64,000 nucleotides of DNA from an uncultured Gammaproteobacteria bacterium (GCA_964416445.1 CAYQEE010000002.1:106691-170690); one strand, 5' to 3'; numbered from the stretch's first letter, positions 1-11,167 are shown. Notes: generated from the letters alone by a model not told the origin. Numbers and translations are program-made.

Positions 1-498
1 GATATCGATGCACTTTCAAAATATATTAAGAATGGGAAAATTTCTGGAACTGCTATTGATGTTTTTCCAAAAGAACCAAAAAGTAATGCAGAACAATTTA
101 GTACACCATTACAAAATTTACCTAACGTTATCTTAACTCCCCATGTCGGGGGAAGTACAGAAGAAGCACAATATAATATAGGTGAGTTTGTAGCAAATAA
201 AATGATTAGTTTTGTCAATACAGGTAACACAACACTCAGTGTTAATTTTCCTAATCTTACACTTCCAAACCAAATAAATGTTCACCGTTTTATCCATATT
301 CATAAGAATGAGCCTGGTATTCTTGCACAGATTAATAGAACTTTGGCAAAATATAAGATAAATATAGTGGGACAATATTTAAAAACAAACGAAGAAATTG
401 GTTATGTCATTACAGATGTAATTACAGAATATAATATGAAAGTATTAACTGATTTAAAACATATTCCAATGACAATTCGTGTCAGAATATTATATTAA
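1..498 (+). CDS. serA: D-3-phosphoglycerate dehydrogenase, C-terminal fragment (catalytic end plus ACT domain); 5' end is outside the window
   Basis: Frame 1 is open from base 1 (DIDALSKYIKNGKISGTAIDVFPKEP...HVGGSTEEAQ), the conserved 2-hydroxyacid dehydrogenase C-terminal motif, followed by an ACT-like tail. Stop at 496-498. Confidence 0.75.
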   Translation, partial: DIDALSKYIKNGKISGTAIDVFPKEPKSNAEQFSTPLQNLPNVILTPHVGGSTEEAQYNIGEFVANKMISFVNTGNTTLSVNFPNLTLPNQINVHRFIHIHKNEPGILAQINRTLAKYKINIVGQYLKTNEEIGYVITDVITEYNMKVLTDLKHIPMTIRVRILY

Positions 499-502
499 TA
501 AT

Positions 503-1588
503 ATGGGATTAACTTTTTTTACACCAGGGCCTTCACAACTATTCCCTACCATTCCTTTGTATATGCAAAAAGCACTAAAGGAAAACATTTGTTCCATTTC
601 TCACCGAAGTAAAAGTTTTGAAAATATTTTCATTAATACCGTACAAGGCTTACATACTCTTCTAAATATTCCGCAGGATTATAAAATATTTTTTCTCTCT
701 TCAGGAACTGAAGCCATGGAGCGAATTATAGAGAATTGCGTTGAAACTGAAAGTTTTCATTTTATTAACGGTTCATTTTCAAACCGATTTTTTCTCACTG
801 CGCAAGAAATAAAAAAAAATCCCAAAAAATATGAAGTAGCTTTAGGAAATGGGTTCGATTTTGAAAATATCAATGTTCCCAAAGAAAGTGAACTCATATG
901 TTTAACACATAATGAAACAAGTACTGGCGTTATCTTACCTTTAGAAAAAGTCTATCCTTTTAGAAAAAAGCATCCAAATGCACTTTTTGCACTTGATATT
1001 GTCTCTTCTGCACCACTAACTGAAGTTGATTTTTCACAATTTGATACTATTTTTTTCTCGGTCCAAAAAGGTTTTGGGTTACCCGCAGGACTTGGGGTTC
1101 TCATTGTAAGCCCAAAAGCTATGGAAAAAGCAACATATCTTTACAAGAAAAATATTTCTATTGGTAGCTATCATAACTTCATTTCCTTGGTAAAATATGA
1201 GGAAAAACATCAAACAGCAGAAACTCCATCAGTATTACATATCTATCTTCTCGGTGAAATTGTCCAAGAGATGTTAACAGCAGGTATTGAGAGGATCCGA
1301 AAAGATATTGAACAAAGAGCAGAAAGTTTATATAGTTTCTTAGATCATAGTAACAATTTGCAAGCTTTTGTAAAAGAACACGCTTTTCGATCCCCAACTG
1401 TTATCGTCATGCAAACAGGTAGCAAGACAATACGTATAAAAAAATATTTAGAAGGGAAAGGACTCATTGTAGGAAGCGGTTACGGTAAAAATAAAGAAGT
1501 CCAACTGAGAGTAGCTAATTTTCCTGCTATACCCTCGTCTGAGACAGAAAAGCTTATTAAATACTTAGAGGAGTTTCAGAATATTTAA
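503..1588 (+). CDS. serC: phosphoserine aminotransferase (class V aminotransferase)
   Basis: ORF track 479..1588 with GTG at 479. ATG at 503 (MGLTFFTPGPSQ...) is the more plausible start. Class V fold motifs (SSGTEAM, THNETSTG); gene order serA-serC. Confidence 0.8.
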   Translation: MGLTFFTPGPSQLFPTIPLYMQKALKENICSISHRSKSFENIFINTVQGLHTLLNIPQDYKIFFLSSGTEAMERIIENCVETESFHFINGSFSNRFFLTAQEIKKNPKKYEVALGNGFDFENINVPKESELICLTHNETSTGVILPLEKVYPFRKKHPNALFALDIVSSAPLTEVDFSQFDTIFFSVQKGFGLPAGLGVLIVSPKAMEKATYLYKKNISIGSYHNFISLVKYEEKHQTAETPSVLHIYLLGEIVQEMLTAGIERIRKDIEQRAESLYSFLDHSNNLQAFVKEHAFRSPTVIVMQTGSKTIRIKKYLEGKGLIVGSGYGKNKEVQLRVANFPAIPSSETEKLIKYLEEFQNI

Positions 1589-1593
1589 CCGTA

Positions 1594-2088
1594 CTATTGA
1601 CTTATACTATTAAAGATAACTCGATTTTCCAAAGGAAGTTGTTGGTAAAGTTCTTTCATTGATTTACCTAAAATAGGATGGATTATATTAGGTGCAATGT
1701 CTACTAACGGACGGAGAACAAAATCTCTTAAATGCATTCTAGGATGAGGAATTACTAATTCAGGTAGTTCAATTACTTCTTGATTAAAAAGTAATATATC
1801 AATATCAAGTTCTCGAGGCCCATTCTTAAATCGTTCTACTCTTCCTAACGTTTTTTCTATTTTTTTAACAAAGAGATATAGTCCAAAAGGTTCAAGAAAC
1901 GTCTCTCCTTCGAGCACTGTATTATAGAACGCATCCTGCTCTTGATATCCAACAGGATGAGACTCATACATAGGAGCTACTTTTGAAATTGCCACATTCT
2001 CTTTTAAGAAAAGTATTGCCCTATTAAGATACGTCTTCTTATCTCCCAGATTTGATCCTAATGCTAAATAAATACGTTTCTTTTGCAT
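1594..2088 (-). CDS. folK: 2-amino-4-hydroxy-6-hydroxymethyldihydropteridine pyrophosphokinase (HPPK)
   Basis: LGSNLGD and RELDIDILLF motifs typical of HPPK. Last gene of a minus-strand fol cluster. Confidence 0.85.
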   Translation of the reverse strand: MQKKRIYLALGSNLGDKKTYLNRAILFLKENVAISKVAPMYESHPVGYQEQDAFYNTVLEGETFLEPFGLYLFVKKIEKTLGRVERFKNGPRELDIDILLFNQEVIELPELVIPHPRMHLRDFVLRPLVDIAPNIIHPILGKSMKELYQQLPLENRVIFNSISQ

Positions 2089-2091
2089 GCA

Positions 2092-2655
2092 TTATTCTTT
2101 TCTCCGAATAAAGGAGAGAAATTCTTCTCGGGTAGCATTATTACTTCGAAAAGTACCTAATACATCTGAGGTAATCATAAGAGAATTTTGTTTTTCAACG
2201 CCTCGCATCATCATACAAAGATGTTGTGCTTCTACTACGACACCGACACCTTTTGGATTAAGAGCTTCCATAACAGCTTGTGCTATTTGTCCTGTAAGTC
2301 GCTCTTGCAACTGAAGACGCCGAGCAAACATATCAACAATTCTTGCTATTTTACTTACTCCTATAACTCGCTCTTCAGGAATATATCCTATATGGCATTT
2401 TCCAAAAAATGGTAAAAGATGATGTTCGCAGGTACTATATAACTCAATATCCTTCAAAATAATCATGCTATCATATTTTTGGGTAAATATGGCATCATTC
2501 ACTACCTCTTTAACCGTGAGGTTATTCCCTGAAGTTATAAATTCAAGCATCTTTGCAACACGTGCAGGAGTCTTCAATAAACCCTCACGTTGAGGATCTT
2601 CCCCAAGTTCAGAAAGTAATGTTCGAATTAGTTTTTCAATATTATTATTTTTCAT
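2092..2655 (-). CDS. folE: GTP cyclohydrolase I
   Basis: CEHHLLPF and HLCMMMRGV motifs of FolE. Confidence 0.9.
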   Translation of the reverse strand: MKNNNIEKLIRTLLSELGEDPQREGLLKTPARVAKMLEFITSGNNLTVKEVVNDAIFTQKYDSMIILKDIELYSTCEHHLLPFFGKCHIGYIPEERVIGVSKIARIVDMFARRLQLQERLTGQIAQAVMEALNPKGVGVVVEAQHLCMMMRGVEKQNSLMITSDVLGTFRSNNATREEFLSFIRRKE

Positions 2656-3007
2656 TACTACTTGTTAGTTCAATACTGACGCCGTTTGTATTTTTGAGCC
2701 GATTTGGTTTGGTTATTTTTACGGTCACTCTTTGAACACCTTTAAAGGACAAGCATTTTGCAGTAATTTCTCCAGCCAACCTTTCAAGCAAATGAAATTT
2801 CGAATTATTAACTAATAAAATAACTTCATCATAGATAGCTTTGTAATTTACTGTATCGTTTATATTATCACTTTTACTCGCCATGGTAATATCTACATCA
2901 AGAGTTAGTGATATGATTAACCTCTGTATTTGGAATCTTTCTGCTTCAGTTACTCCAATATGACTATCTATAGCAAGATCATGAATAAGAATTCTTCCGA
3001 CTATCAT
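2645..3007 (-). CDS. folB: dihydroneopterin aldolase
   Basis: 120 aa, IGVTEAER motif. Overlaps folE by 11 nt and folP by 4 nt. Confidence 0.75.
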   Translation of the reverse strand: MIVGRILIHDLAIDSHIGVTEAERFQIQRLIISLTLDVDITMASKSDNINDTVNYKAIYDEVILLVNNSKFHLLERLAGEITAKCLSFKGVQRVTVKITKPNRLKNTNGVSIELTSSNEK

Positions 3008-3876
3008 ATATTTTTACCATTTCTTATATAATTAAAGACGCTAAAAAACTTTTTAGTTTCAATTACATCATGGGTCCGAATAATAGAAGCTCCATTAAGC
3101 ACAGCAATAGCATTTGCTGCTAAAGAGGCTTCTAATCTATCTGTAACTGCTGGAATTTCTCTTGTATTTAACGACTCCTGCAGAATCTTACCAAGGGTAC
3201 TTTTTCGCGATACACCAATTAGAATTGGTAGTTCAAACTGGTCGAATTCTTTAAGACGATTTAGTATTTCGATGTTTTGTTGACTTGTTTTACCAAAACC
3301 AAAGCCAGGGTCTAGAATGATTCGTTCTTTTCCAATTCCTTTCCCTTCAAGGAGATGAATTTTATCTTCAAAAAAAGATGTTATACCTTTAATAACATCT
3401 TCATAAATTATTTCACCTTTTTGCATCGTTTTTGGATTACCTCGCATATGATTTATAACTATATAAGAGGATGTAGATGAAATAACATCTGCCATATGTC
3501 GATCCAATTGCAAACCACTGACATCATTAATAATATCGGCTCCTCTTTTCACCGCTTCTCGGGCCACTTCTGCTTTATACGTATCGATTGAAATCAATAT
3601 ATTTTCCCCATATTGAGATTTTGCGGTTTCAATTATAGGAATTACCCTTTCAAGCTCTTCTTCAATTGATACTGGATCTGCGCCAGGACGAGTCGATTCT
3701 CCTCCAATATCAATAATTTCTGCACCACTTTCTAGCATCAACGCGATATGATCAAGAGCGACTTGCTTATTATTGAAGAATTTACCTCCATCAAAAAAGG
3801 AATCCGGAGTAACATTTAAAACTCCCATGATTACGGGTCGTTTCTTCCTAAAAAATAATGCGTTTTCAGTCTTCAT
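3004..3876 (-). CDS. folP: dihydropteroate synthase
   Basis: MGVLNVTPDSFFDGG and DIGGESTRPG motifs. Confidence 0.9.
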   Translation of the reverse strand: MKTENALFFRKKRPVIMGVLNVTPDSFFDGGKFFNNKQVALDHIALMLESGAEIIDIGGESTRPGADPVSIEEELERVIPIIETAKSQYGENILISIDTYKAEVAREAVKRGADIINDVSGLQLDRHMADVISSTSSYIVINHMRGNPKTMQKGEIIYEDVIKGITSFFEDKIHLLEGKGIGKERIILDPGFGFGKTSQQNIEILNRLKEFDQFELPILIGVSRKSTLGKILQESLNTREIPAVTDRLEASLAANAIAVLNGASIIRTHDVIETKKFFSVFNYIRNGKNI

Positions 3877-3878
3877 AG

Positions 3879-4553
3879 TTATAAAGCCTCAGTAAGATTA
3901 TTTAGAATAATATCCGCACCTGCTGCTAATAGTTGTTCTTGCACATTAGTATCTTTGTTTACCCCAATGACACACATACCCGCCTTTTTGGCTGCAATAG
4001 TTCCATTTGCAGCGTCCTCAATAACAAGACATTCCTGTGGGTCTTTCTGCAGCTTTTCAGCTGTATAAAGATAGACATCCGGTGCAGGTTTTCCCCGCAA
4101 AACATCATCTGAAGATATTATCTCTCTAAAGTAATCTGATAGTTGTATTTGGAGAAGTAACTTTTTAGCCATATCTTCTTGATGTCCCCCTGTCGCAACA
4201 GCAAGAGGCTTTCCAGTTTGATACATTTTTCTAATAAACGCATCTGCTCCTTCAAGAATCGCTAAATTACCTGGTTTAAGAAGCGTTTCATATAATAGTG
4301 TTCTCCATTCAAGAGCAAGCTCCGGAATATTACCTTGTAAATTAAATTCCTTTTGAAACAATTGAATGATATCTTTAAGGCCCATTCCAAGCGTATTATA
4401 TTGAGATATTCTTCTCCGATCTACTATTCCATATCTCTCTAAAAACTCATACTTAGTTTGTCGATAGAAAGGAATAGAATCAATAAGAACACCATCCATG
4501 TCAAAAATTATTGCTTGAGAGCTATTTACATATTTTTGTATTTTGTAGCTCAT
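3879..4553 (-). CDS. HAD-superfamily hydrolase (beta-phosphoglucomutase-like phosphatase)
   Basis: IIFDMDGVLIDS motif I and a C-terminal DD motif. Tandem paralog of the next gene. Confidence 0.7.
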   Translation of the reverse strand: MSYKIQKYVNSSQAIIFDMDGVLIDSIPFYRQTKYEFLERYGIVDRRRISQYNTLGMGLKDIIQLFQKEFNLQGNIPELALEWRTLLYETLLKPGNLAILEGADAFIRKMYQTGKPLAVATGGHQEDMAKKLLLQIQLSDYFREIISSDDVLRGKPAPDVYLYTAEKLQKDPQECLVIEDAANGTIAAKKAGMCVIGVNKDTNVQEQLLAAGADIILNNLTEAL

Positions 4554-5227
4554 AAAAGTTCGGATAATGAATATAGCAAAGCATCTGGGTGTATTTCAAT
4601 GAGTTTTTTATAAATCTTCGAATCATTATTCACTGCGATAACTCGTATATGAGCACTTTTCGCTGCATAGACTCCATTTAATGAATCTTCGAGAACAACG
4701 CAATCAGATGCAGGAATATCTAATTCCTTCACTGTAAAGAGAAAGACATCGGGAGCAGGTTTGCCTAATGATACTTGGTCACTGGAGACAATAACTGTAA
4801 AATACTTTCGAAGATCAAGTTGTTCCAACATAGACTCCATCATTTTCTTTGTATGTCCTCCCGTTGCAATTGCTAACTTTTTTTTACCTTCAAGTGCATG
4901 GACCAATTCACGAGTTCCTTCTTTGAGAATATTTTCATTCTGTTTAAAAAAATATTCATAAAATATTGTCCTAAACTCCCTCATTAAATCACTCATATTC
5001 CCTTTCAGACCCAATTCTTTTTGAAATAACAGGATACAATCTTTGAGACCCATACCCATTGGATCGAATGAGATTTGTTCAATATCTAAGTTATGACGCT
5101 CAAAAAAAGCAAACAATGCTTTTTGCCAAACTGGTTCAGAATCAATGAGGAGTCCATCAACATCAAATATGACAGCTTTCGCTTTGTCAATTAAATGACG
5201 AGCAGTGGAATTTTGGAAATTAGTCAT
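4550..5227 (-). CDS. HAD-superfamily hydrolase (paralog)
   Basis: VIFDVDGLLIDSEP motif. Overlaps the downstream paralog by 4 nt. Confidence 0.7.
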   Translation of the reverse strand: MTNFQNSTARHLIDKAKAVIFDVDGLLIDSEPVWQKALFAFFERHNLDIEQISFDPMGMGLKDCILLFQKELGLKGNMSDLMREFRTIFYEYFFKQNENILKEGTRELVHALEGKKKLAIATGGHTKKMMESMLEQLDLRKYFTVIVSSDQVSLGKPAPDVFLFTVKELDIPASDCVVLEDSLNGVYAAKSAHIRVIAVNNDSKIYKKLIEIHPDALLYSLSELL

Positions 5228-5230
5228 AAA

Positions 5231-6163
5231 CTAAATAAGAGTTAACTGATCATCTTTTAACTCACTCGTTCTTTTTATATCCTCTTTGCCTTGCGCATAA
5301 GACACGAATACAGATAACCGTTTTTTCAAGGAAGTAAAAGAAAAAGAATCAAATACGTCTTCTATTTTTTCTCGAGTAAAATTTTTCATTGCACACATCG
5401 ATAAATCTATATGTGTAGGAGCATTTACATCTATTGTAGCGAGTTTTTTTGCTAGAGCAGCTTGCTCTGCATCAGTTGCCAATTTTAACGCAACCTTTTC
5501 TGGCAGTTCACCGATTTTAGTATAAAGATTTTCGAATGTACCATAAGTTTTTAATAAGTTTATTGCCGTCTTAGGACCAATTCCAGTTACTCCTGGGTAT
5601 CCATCAGAAGCATCTCCAACTAAGGCTTTATAATCAGTAACTTGTGAGGGTTTTACTCCATACTTTTCAAGTACTGTTTGCTCATCAAAGAGAATAAATT
5701 TCGTAATTCCGACAATTGGTGATAAAATTTTTATGTGAGAATTAACTAATTGGAGTAAATCTCGATCCCCCGTTAAAATAATAACTTCTGATTGTTGACT
5801 CATCGCTTGAAGAGCGATAGTTCCGATAACGTCATCTGCTTCATAACCATCCATTGAATAAATAGGAATACCTATCTTATTAATTGATTGTTGTAGTACC
5901 TCCATTTGTTCCGAAAGTCCATCTGCCATTTTCGGCCTATGTGCTTGATATCCTGAATATAACGATTTTCGAAACGTAGGAGCCGGCCTATCGAAACAAA
6001 TAGCAAGATGGCTTGGTTTAACAATCTCTAAGGTTTTAATAAGTATAGAAAAAAATCCGTATACTGCATTAACAGGTTGCCCATTTCCCCATGTTAATGG
6101 TGGAAAAGCATGAAACGCACGATGAACAATTGCATTACCGTCGATAATTAGAAGCTTATACAT
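5231..6163 (-). CDS. stand-alone 5'-3' exonuclease (Pol I N-terminal domain / FEN family)
   Basis: LLIIDGNAIVHRAFHA and GDRDLLQL motifs, plus an HhH region. Confidence 0.8.
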   Translation of the reverse strand: MYKLLIIDGNAIVHRAFHAFPPLTWGNGQPVNAVYGFFSILIKTLEIVKPSHLAICFDRPAPTFRKSLYSGYQAHRPKMADGLSEQMEVLQQSINKIGIPIYSMDGYEADDVIGTIALQAMSQQSEVIILTGDRDLLQLVNSHIKILSPIVGITKFILFDEQTVLEKYGVKPSQVTDYKALVGDASDGYPGVTGIGPKTAINLLKTYGTFENLYTKIGELPEKVALKLATDAEQAALAKKLATIDVNAPTHIDLSMCAMKNFTREKIEDVFDSFSFTSLKKRLSVFVSYAQGKEDIKRTSELKDDQLTLI

Positions 6164-6167
6164 GAAG

Positions 6168-8045
6168 TTATACTACTATTCCTAAAAAAGGAGAATCTTT
6201 TTTAACTTTTGGTCCGATGAGCTGTTCAAAATCTTCAGATTCAATTGTTTCCTTTTTTAACAGCGCATCTGCAAGTTTATCTAATTCTTTTCCTAACCCA
6301 TTCAATACTGAAACTGCAACAGCATATGCTTCATCAACTATTCGTTTTACTTCAGCATCAACCTTTGATTGCATCTCAGGGGAAAGCACTCTTTCATCAT
6401 ACATACTTCTTTTGTCAGTACTCAAATTGATTGGTCCTAAATCACTCATACCATACTCAACTACCATTGTTCTGGCAACCTCTGTGGCTTTTTCAATATC
6501 ATTGGAAGCACCAGTAGTCATTTCATTGAAAATCAACTTTTCGGCAACTCTTCCTCCCAACATTACTGAAACCTGCTCCCACAAATGTGTTTTGGTTTCA
6601 TGAGAACGTTCAATTGGCTCCATCATTGTATGCCCTAAACTCATTCCACGACTTACTATAGAGATTCTATGTACTGGATCCATATGAGGCATAAACCAAC
6701 TTACCAAGGCATGCCCTGCTTCATGGTAAGCAGTCATTTTTTTATCCTCATCTGACTGTAGTCTTCTCTTCTCTGGGCCAAGTTTAACTTTTGTTGCTGC
6801 TTCTTCTAGATCCTTCATATCAATGGCTTTTTTATTTAATCTTGCAGCTGAGATGGCAGCTTCATTAAGCATGTTTTCCAAATCTGCACCTGAAAAGCCA
6901 ACTGTTCTTTTAGCGACTTTTTCCCAAATTACTCCATCTGCGAAAGGTTTCCCTTTTGCGTGAATGGCAAGAATAGCCTTTCTACCCTCAATATCTGGCA
7001 TATCAAGTACCACTTTCCTATCAAAACGCCCAGGGCGAACAAGTGCCGGATCGAGAACATCAGGTCGATTTGTTGCAGCTATTACAATTAACTGTTCGTT
7101 TGGAGTAAATCCATCCATTTCTACTAAAATTTGATTTAATGTTTGTTCTCTTTCATCATGCCCACCCATAATACCAACACTCCTTTGTCTACCAATTGCG
7201 TCAACTTCGTCAATGAAAATAATTGCTGGTTGAGCTTTTTTGGCTGTACTAAATAAATCCCGAACTCGCGAAGCACCAACACCTACAAGCATTTCCATAA
7301 ATTCGCTCCCTGCCATAGAAAAGAAGGCAACCCCAGCTTCTCCAGCTGTGGCCCTTGCCAATAATGTTTTTCCTGTACCGGAAGGCCCAACCATTAATAC
7401 ACCTTTAGGAGTACGAGCACCCATTGCTCGATATTTGTCAGGATGACGAAGAAAATCAACGATTTCAGTAAGTTCTTGCTTCGCTTCGTCGACACCAGCG
7501 ACATCAGTAAAAGTAACTTTTGGGTGATCTTTATTAAATAATTTTGCTCGAGATTGCCCAAAAGAAAAAATATTTTCTTGTGCTCCCCGAGCTTGTCTGA
7601 AGATAAAATAAAAGAAAGCTATCATCAAAATAATAGGCAGAACAGAAGAGATAATATTTAACCAACCACTTAGACCTGAGTTATCATTTACGACAACTTT
7701 TGTTTTATCGAGTGGTACACCTGCATCCCGAAAAATTGAATAAACATTAGAATTTGGTTCCTTGGTACTTTCAACAACTTGTCCTCCTTTTTCATACACA
7801 GTCAATGTTGTATCATTGACGACAATCTGCGATACTTTTCCTGCTTTTACATCATTAATAACATCTGAGATTGCTTCTGTCTTATGAGGAACAAATGATG
7901 AATTAAACCCAACAAGCAAAAAGAGAGTAATGAAAAAAAGAAAGCCGTAAAGAAAAATATTTTTCCACGTAAGATTTACTTTTACTTTAACTATCTTTTT
8001 TTTATTATTTTTTTTGCCGTTCTTCGTAGCTGGAACCATCAACAT
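6168..8045 (-). CDS. ftsH: ATP-dependent zinc metalloprotease FtsH
   Basis: N-terminal TM, AAA Walker [16 protein letters not shown] zinc site. Confidence 0.9.
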   Translation of the reverse strand: MLMVPATKNGKKNNKKKIVKVKVNLTWKNIFLYGFLFFITLFLLVGFNSSFVPHKTEAISDVINDVKAGKVSQIVVNDTTLTVYEKGGQVVESTKEPNSNVYSIFRDAGVPLDKTKVVVNDNSGLSGWLNIISSVLPIILMIAFFYFIFRQARGAQENIFSFGQSRAKLFNKDHPKVTFTDVAGVDEAKQELTEIVDFLRHPDKYRAMGARTPKGVLMVGPSGTGKTLLARATAGEAGVAFFSMAGSEFMEMLVGVGASRVRDLFSTAKKAQPAIIFIDEVDAIGRQRSVGIMGGHDEREQTLNQILVEMDGFTPNEQLIVIAATNRPDVLDPALVRPGRFDRKVVLDMPDIEGRKAILAIHAKGKPFADGVIWEKVAKRTVGFSGADLENMLNEAAISAARLNKKAIDMKDLEEAATKVKLGPEKRRLQSDEDKKMTAYHEAGHALVSWFMPHMDPVHRISIVSRGMSLGHTMMEPIERSHETKTHLWEQVSVMLGGRVAEKLIFNEMTTGASNDIEKATEVARTMVVEYGMSDLGPINLSTDKRSMYDERVLSPEMQSKVDAEVKRIVDEAYAVAVSVLNGLGKELDKLADALLKKETIESEDFEQLIGPKVKKDSPFLGIVV

Positions 8046-8081
8046 AGTATACCATAGGATTTTAATTTTTGCAGCCTCTTT

Positions 8082-8900
8082 TTAAGGAAGAATAAATTCG
8101 TTTTTATCTTCATTATGAATAACTAATGAATCACGTATAAGCGTATTGATAATACGGTCTAATCGTTCAGCCATAATATTTTGGTTATTACTTTGAAAAT
8201 ATGCAAGAATATCAAGAAAAGATTGCCCTGACTTTTTCAAAAGAAGTTTCATAATAGCTCCTCGATAATATCTATCAGAATCTTTAAATTTTGATTGTTT
8301 CGGAATTTTAATCTTTTCTTTTTTTAACATGAGCGAACTATAGTCCATTAACGCTTGATTCCATATATATGCTTTTCCTTTAGGGAGTATACGAAGGGCT
8401 ATCTCCTCAATTACTTTATTATCGGCATAATCTACCATCAGAAACTGTGTCAGTATTACTTTCTTAATGTTTGTATCGACAACAGGAATTTGTTTATCGA
8501 AAGCAAAACACAAAAGCGCATTTGCAGTATATTCCCCTATTCCAGGTAATAATTTGAGACTTTTTGCATTATTAGGAAACACTCCTTGATAATTAGTCAC
8601 AATCTCAATTGCGAGCTTATGAAGATATAATGCCCGTCTATTATATCCAAGTCCTGACCATATCGAGAGAACATCAGCAAATTTTGCTTGAGCAAGTGTA
8701 TAGATAGTAGGAAATTTATTTATCCATAAACGATATTTTTCAATTACTCGTGTAACTTGCGTCTGCTGGAGCATTACTTCTGATATGAGTATATTGTACG
8801 GATTTCGTGTTGATCTCCACGGAAGATCTCTTTTATTTTTTTCATACCAGTCTAAAATGTAAGTCTGGAACTGCTGAATACGTTGCGGAGAAATCTGCAT
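8082..8900 (-). CDS. HhH-GPD DNA glycosylase, MutY/Nth-like, without a 4Fe-4S cysteine cluster
   Basis: WYEKNKRDLPWR start and LPGIGEYTANALL HhH-GPD motif. No Cys-X6-C-X2-C-X5-C block anywhere in the 272 aa. Confidence 0.65.
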   Translation of the reverse strand: MQISPQRIQQFQTYILDWYEKNKRDLPWRSTRNPYNILISEVMLQQTQVTRVIEKYRLWINKFPTIYTLAQAKFADVLSIWSGLGYNRRALYLHKLAIEIVTNYQGVFPNNAKSLKLLPGIGEYTANALLCFAFDKQIPVVDTNIKKVILTQFLMVDYADNKVIEEIALRILPKGKAYIWNQALMDYSSLMLKKEKIKIPKQSKFKDSDRYYRGAIMKLLLKKSGQSFLDILAYFQSNNQNIMAERLDRIINTLIRDSLVIHNEDKNEFILP

Positions 8901-8914
8901 AACGTTTATGAGAT

Positions 8915-9895
8915 CTAATAAATAAGACCCATTTTCATTTTTACTTCAGAAAGTGTTTCCTGAGAAATTTTCATACAGTTTTCGCGACTTCGTTCTAATA
9001 TCTCATTAACTATCTTTGGATTTTCTTCAAAATATTTTCTTTTTTTCTGTATTGGTTTTAATTCTTCATAAATAACATCTGCTAGTGTTTTTTTCATATC
9101 TCCATATCGAATTTTTCTCTCCTCATAATCTTGAACATATTTATTATACAAATCTTCGCTAAAAAACATTTTAGATAACATAAATAAATTTGCAACTCCT
9201 CCTTCTGATGGAAGCTTGCCACCTATTGTTCCACTATCAGTTGGGGCACTAGCTATTTTCTCTTGAATAATCGTATAATCATCTGTAAGCGAGATAAAAC
9301 TACCTTCCACAGATTTACTCATCTTGCCTTTTCCCGCAAGAGAAGGAACATATCCCCCTTTCGTTTTAAATCTCACCGGTTCAGGAAATGTTTCACCATA
9401 CGTATTATTAAATTTTCTTGCAATTTCTCGTGCTACTTCAAGATGTGGCTCTTGATCAATACCTACAGGAACAAGTTCAGCCTTATATAATAAAATATCT
9501 GCAGCCATAAGAATCGGATAATATAGTAATGCTACCGTAACGTTTTTGGGATACTGAGCTTTCTTTTCTTTAAAGGTAGGAAGATCTTCTAAAGGAGCTA
9601 GTGGATAAACAGTAGATAAAAGATATGAGAGTTCAGCATGAGGTAATTGAGATTGAATCTCAATAAAACATTTTTCAGGATTTAATCCAGCCGCAAGATA
9701 ATCTAATACAACATCTCTTACCGATTGTTGTAATGTTTGATGGGTATAGGGTGTAGTAAGTACGTGTAAATCGACTACAGAAAAAATGCATTCATACTCG
9801 TCTTGTACGGCGAGCATACCTTTTACTGCACCCAGATAATTTCCTAAATGGAGTCTTCCTGTGGCCCTAATCCCTGAATAAACTCTTTTTTTCAT
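8915..9895 (-). CDS. trpS: tryptophanyl-tRNA synthetase
   Basis: HLGNYLG (HIGH-like) and KMSKS motifs. Confidence 0.9.
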   Translation of the reverse strand: MKKRVYSGIRATGRLHLGNYLGAVKGMLAVQDEYECIFSVVDLHVLTTPYTHQTLQQSVRDVVLDYLAAGLNPEKCFIEIQSQLPHAELSYLLSTVYPLAPLEDLPTFKEKKAQYPKNVTVALLYYPILMAADILLYKAELVPVGIDQEPHLEVAREIARKFNNTYGETFPEPVRFKTKGGYVPSLAGKGKMSKSVEGSFISLTDDYTIIQEKIASAPTDSGTIGGKLPSEGGVANLFMLSKMFFSEDLYNKYVQDYEERKIRYGDMKKTLADVIYEELKPIQKKRKYFEENPKIVNEILERSRENCMKISQETLSEVKMKMGLIY

Positions 9896-9943
9896 AATTG
9901 TTTATAACTATATCATTTATTTTCAACCTTTACAAAGAACATA

Positions 9944-11140
9944 TTAACCTAACCAACTTTGTTTGAAGTTAGTATACGATCCTTTTTCAATGCTTTTTCT
10001 AATTTGCTTTACTAAATCGATTATAAAATATACATTATGATAAGTTGCTAAACGATAAGCAAGAAGTTCTTTTGTTCGAAAAAGATGGTTTAAATAACCA
10101 CGAGAATGCTTTTTACAAACCTGACAATTACAGTTTAGAGAAAGTGGATCAATGCTTTTCTGATAATTTGATTTCGTAATATCTAATCTAAAACGATTTT
10201 GAGATGACCCTTCGGGAGGATGAATAAATATTTGTCCAACTCTTCCAAGACGAGTTGGAGTAACACAATCGAAAGTATCTACTCCTCTTTCAATAATAGC
10301 AAAAATATCGTCAACATCCCCAACTCCAAGAAGATGCTTTATTTTGTTTTTAGGAAGAATTGGTAATACCCAATCAATAGCATTCTTCATTTCTTTTTTC
10401 CCTTCCCCTACTGCTACACCACCAATTGCAATACCAGGTGTATCACATGCAGTAATAAACTTTGCCGAAGCTTGACGCAGGTCTTTATAAATACTCCCTT
10501 GTACAATTCCGTAAAGAACTTGATCAAATTGAGACTGTGTATTTTGATATGCAGCTATTGATCGTTTCAACCAACGATGCGTTCTTTCCATTGAACTCTT
10601 TGCCCCTTCATAGGTAATCGGAAATGGAGGACAATCATCAAAAGCAAGAATAATATCCGCGCCTAATTTTTTTTGAATCAGGATAGATTGTTCAGGAGTA
10701 AAGAGATGTTTAGATCCATCTAGATGAGAACGGAATTCAACCCCATTTTCTGTAATTTTTACAAGGGACTTCTCTTGTAAAGAGATATCATTATCAAATC
10801 CAAATTTCTTATCTCTAGCTAACGAAAATACTTGAAATCCACCACTATCAGTCATCGTTACACCTTGAAAACCCATAAACTTTCCAATTCCTTGAAAGGC
10901 CTCAATTACATCTTCCCCAGGACGTAAATGGAGATGATAAGTATTTCCAAACAAAATTTGTACTCCTATAGCTTCTAGATCTTCAGGACTTAAACTTTTA
11001 ATAGAAGCTTGTGTACCGACAGGAACAAAAGCAGGCGTATCAACTATGCCATGACTCGTGATTAATTTTCCAATTCTAGCAGAGGAATATTTATCTTCTT
11101 GAAGAATAGTAAATCTAAAATTAGACTTTGAATCAAACAT
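9944..11140 (-). CDS. tgt: queuine tRNA-ribosyltransferase
   Basis: TPAFVPVGT and GVGDVDD motifs plus a C-terminal Zn site CNCQVC..H. Confidence 0.9.
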   Translation of the reverse strand: MFDSKSNFRFTILQEDKYSSARIGKLITSHGIVDTPAFVPVGTQASIKSLSPEDLEAIGVQILFGNTYHLHLRPGEDVIEAFQGIGKFMGFQGVTMTDSGGFQVFSLARDKKFGFDNDISLQEKSLVKITENGVEFRSHLDGSKHLFTPEQSILIQKKLGADIILAFDDCPPFPITYEGAKSSMERTHRWLKRSIAAYQNTQSQFDQVLYGIVQGSIYKDLRQASAKFITACDTPGIAIGGVAVGEGKKEMKNAIDWVLPILPKNKIKHLLGVGDVDDIFAIIERGVDTFDCVTPTRLGRVGQIFIHPPEGSSQNRFRLDITKSNYQKSIDPLSLNCNCQVCKKHSRGYLNHLFRTKELLAYRLATYHNVYFIIDLVKQIRKSIEKGSYTNFKQSWLG

Positions 11141-11167
11141 GAAAATATTGAACTACGTTCATTCTAG

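Noticed and set aside
479-502. GTG start for serC at 479, overlapping the serA stop
   Set aside because: Possible, but ATG at 503 gives a standard N-terminus; left as an alternative.
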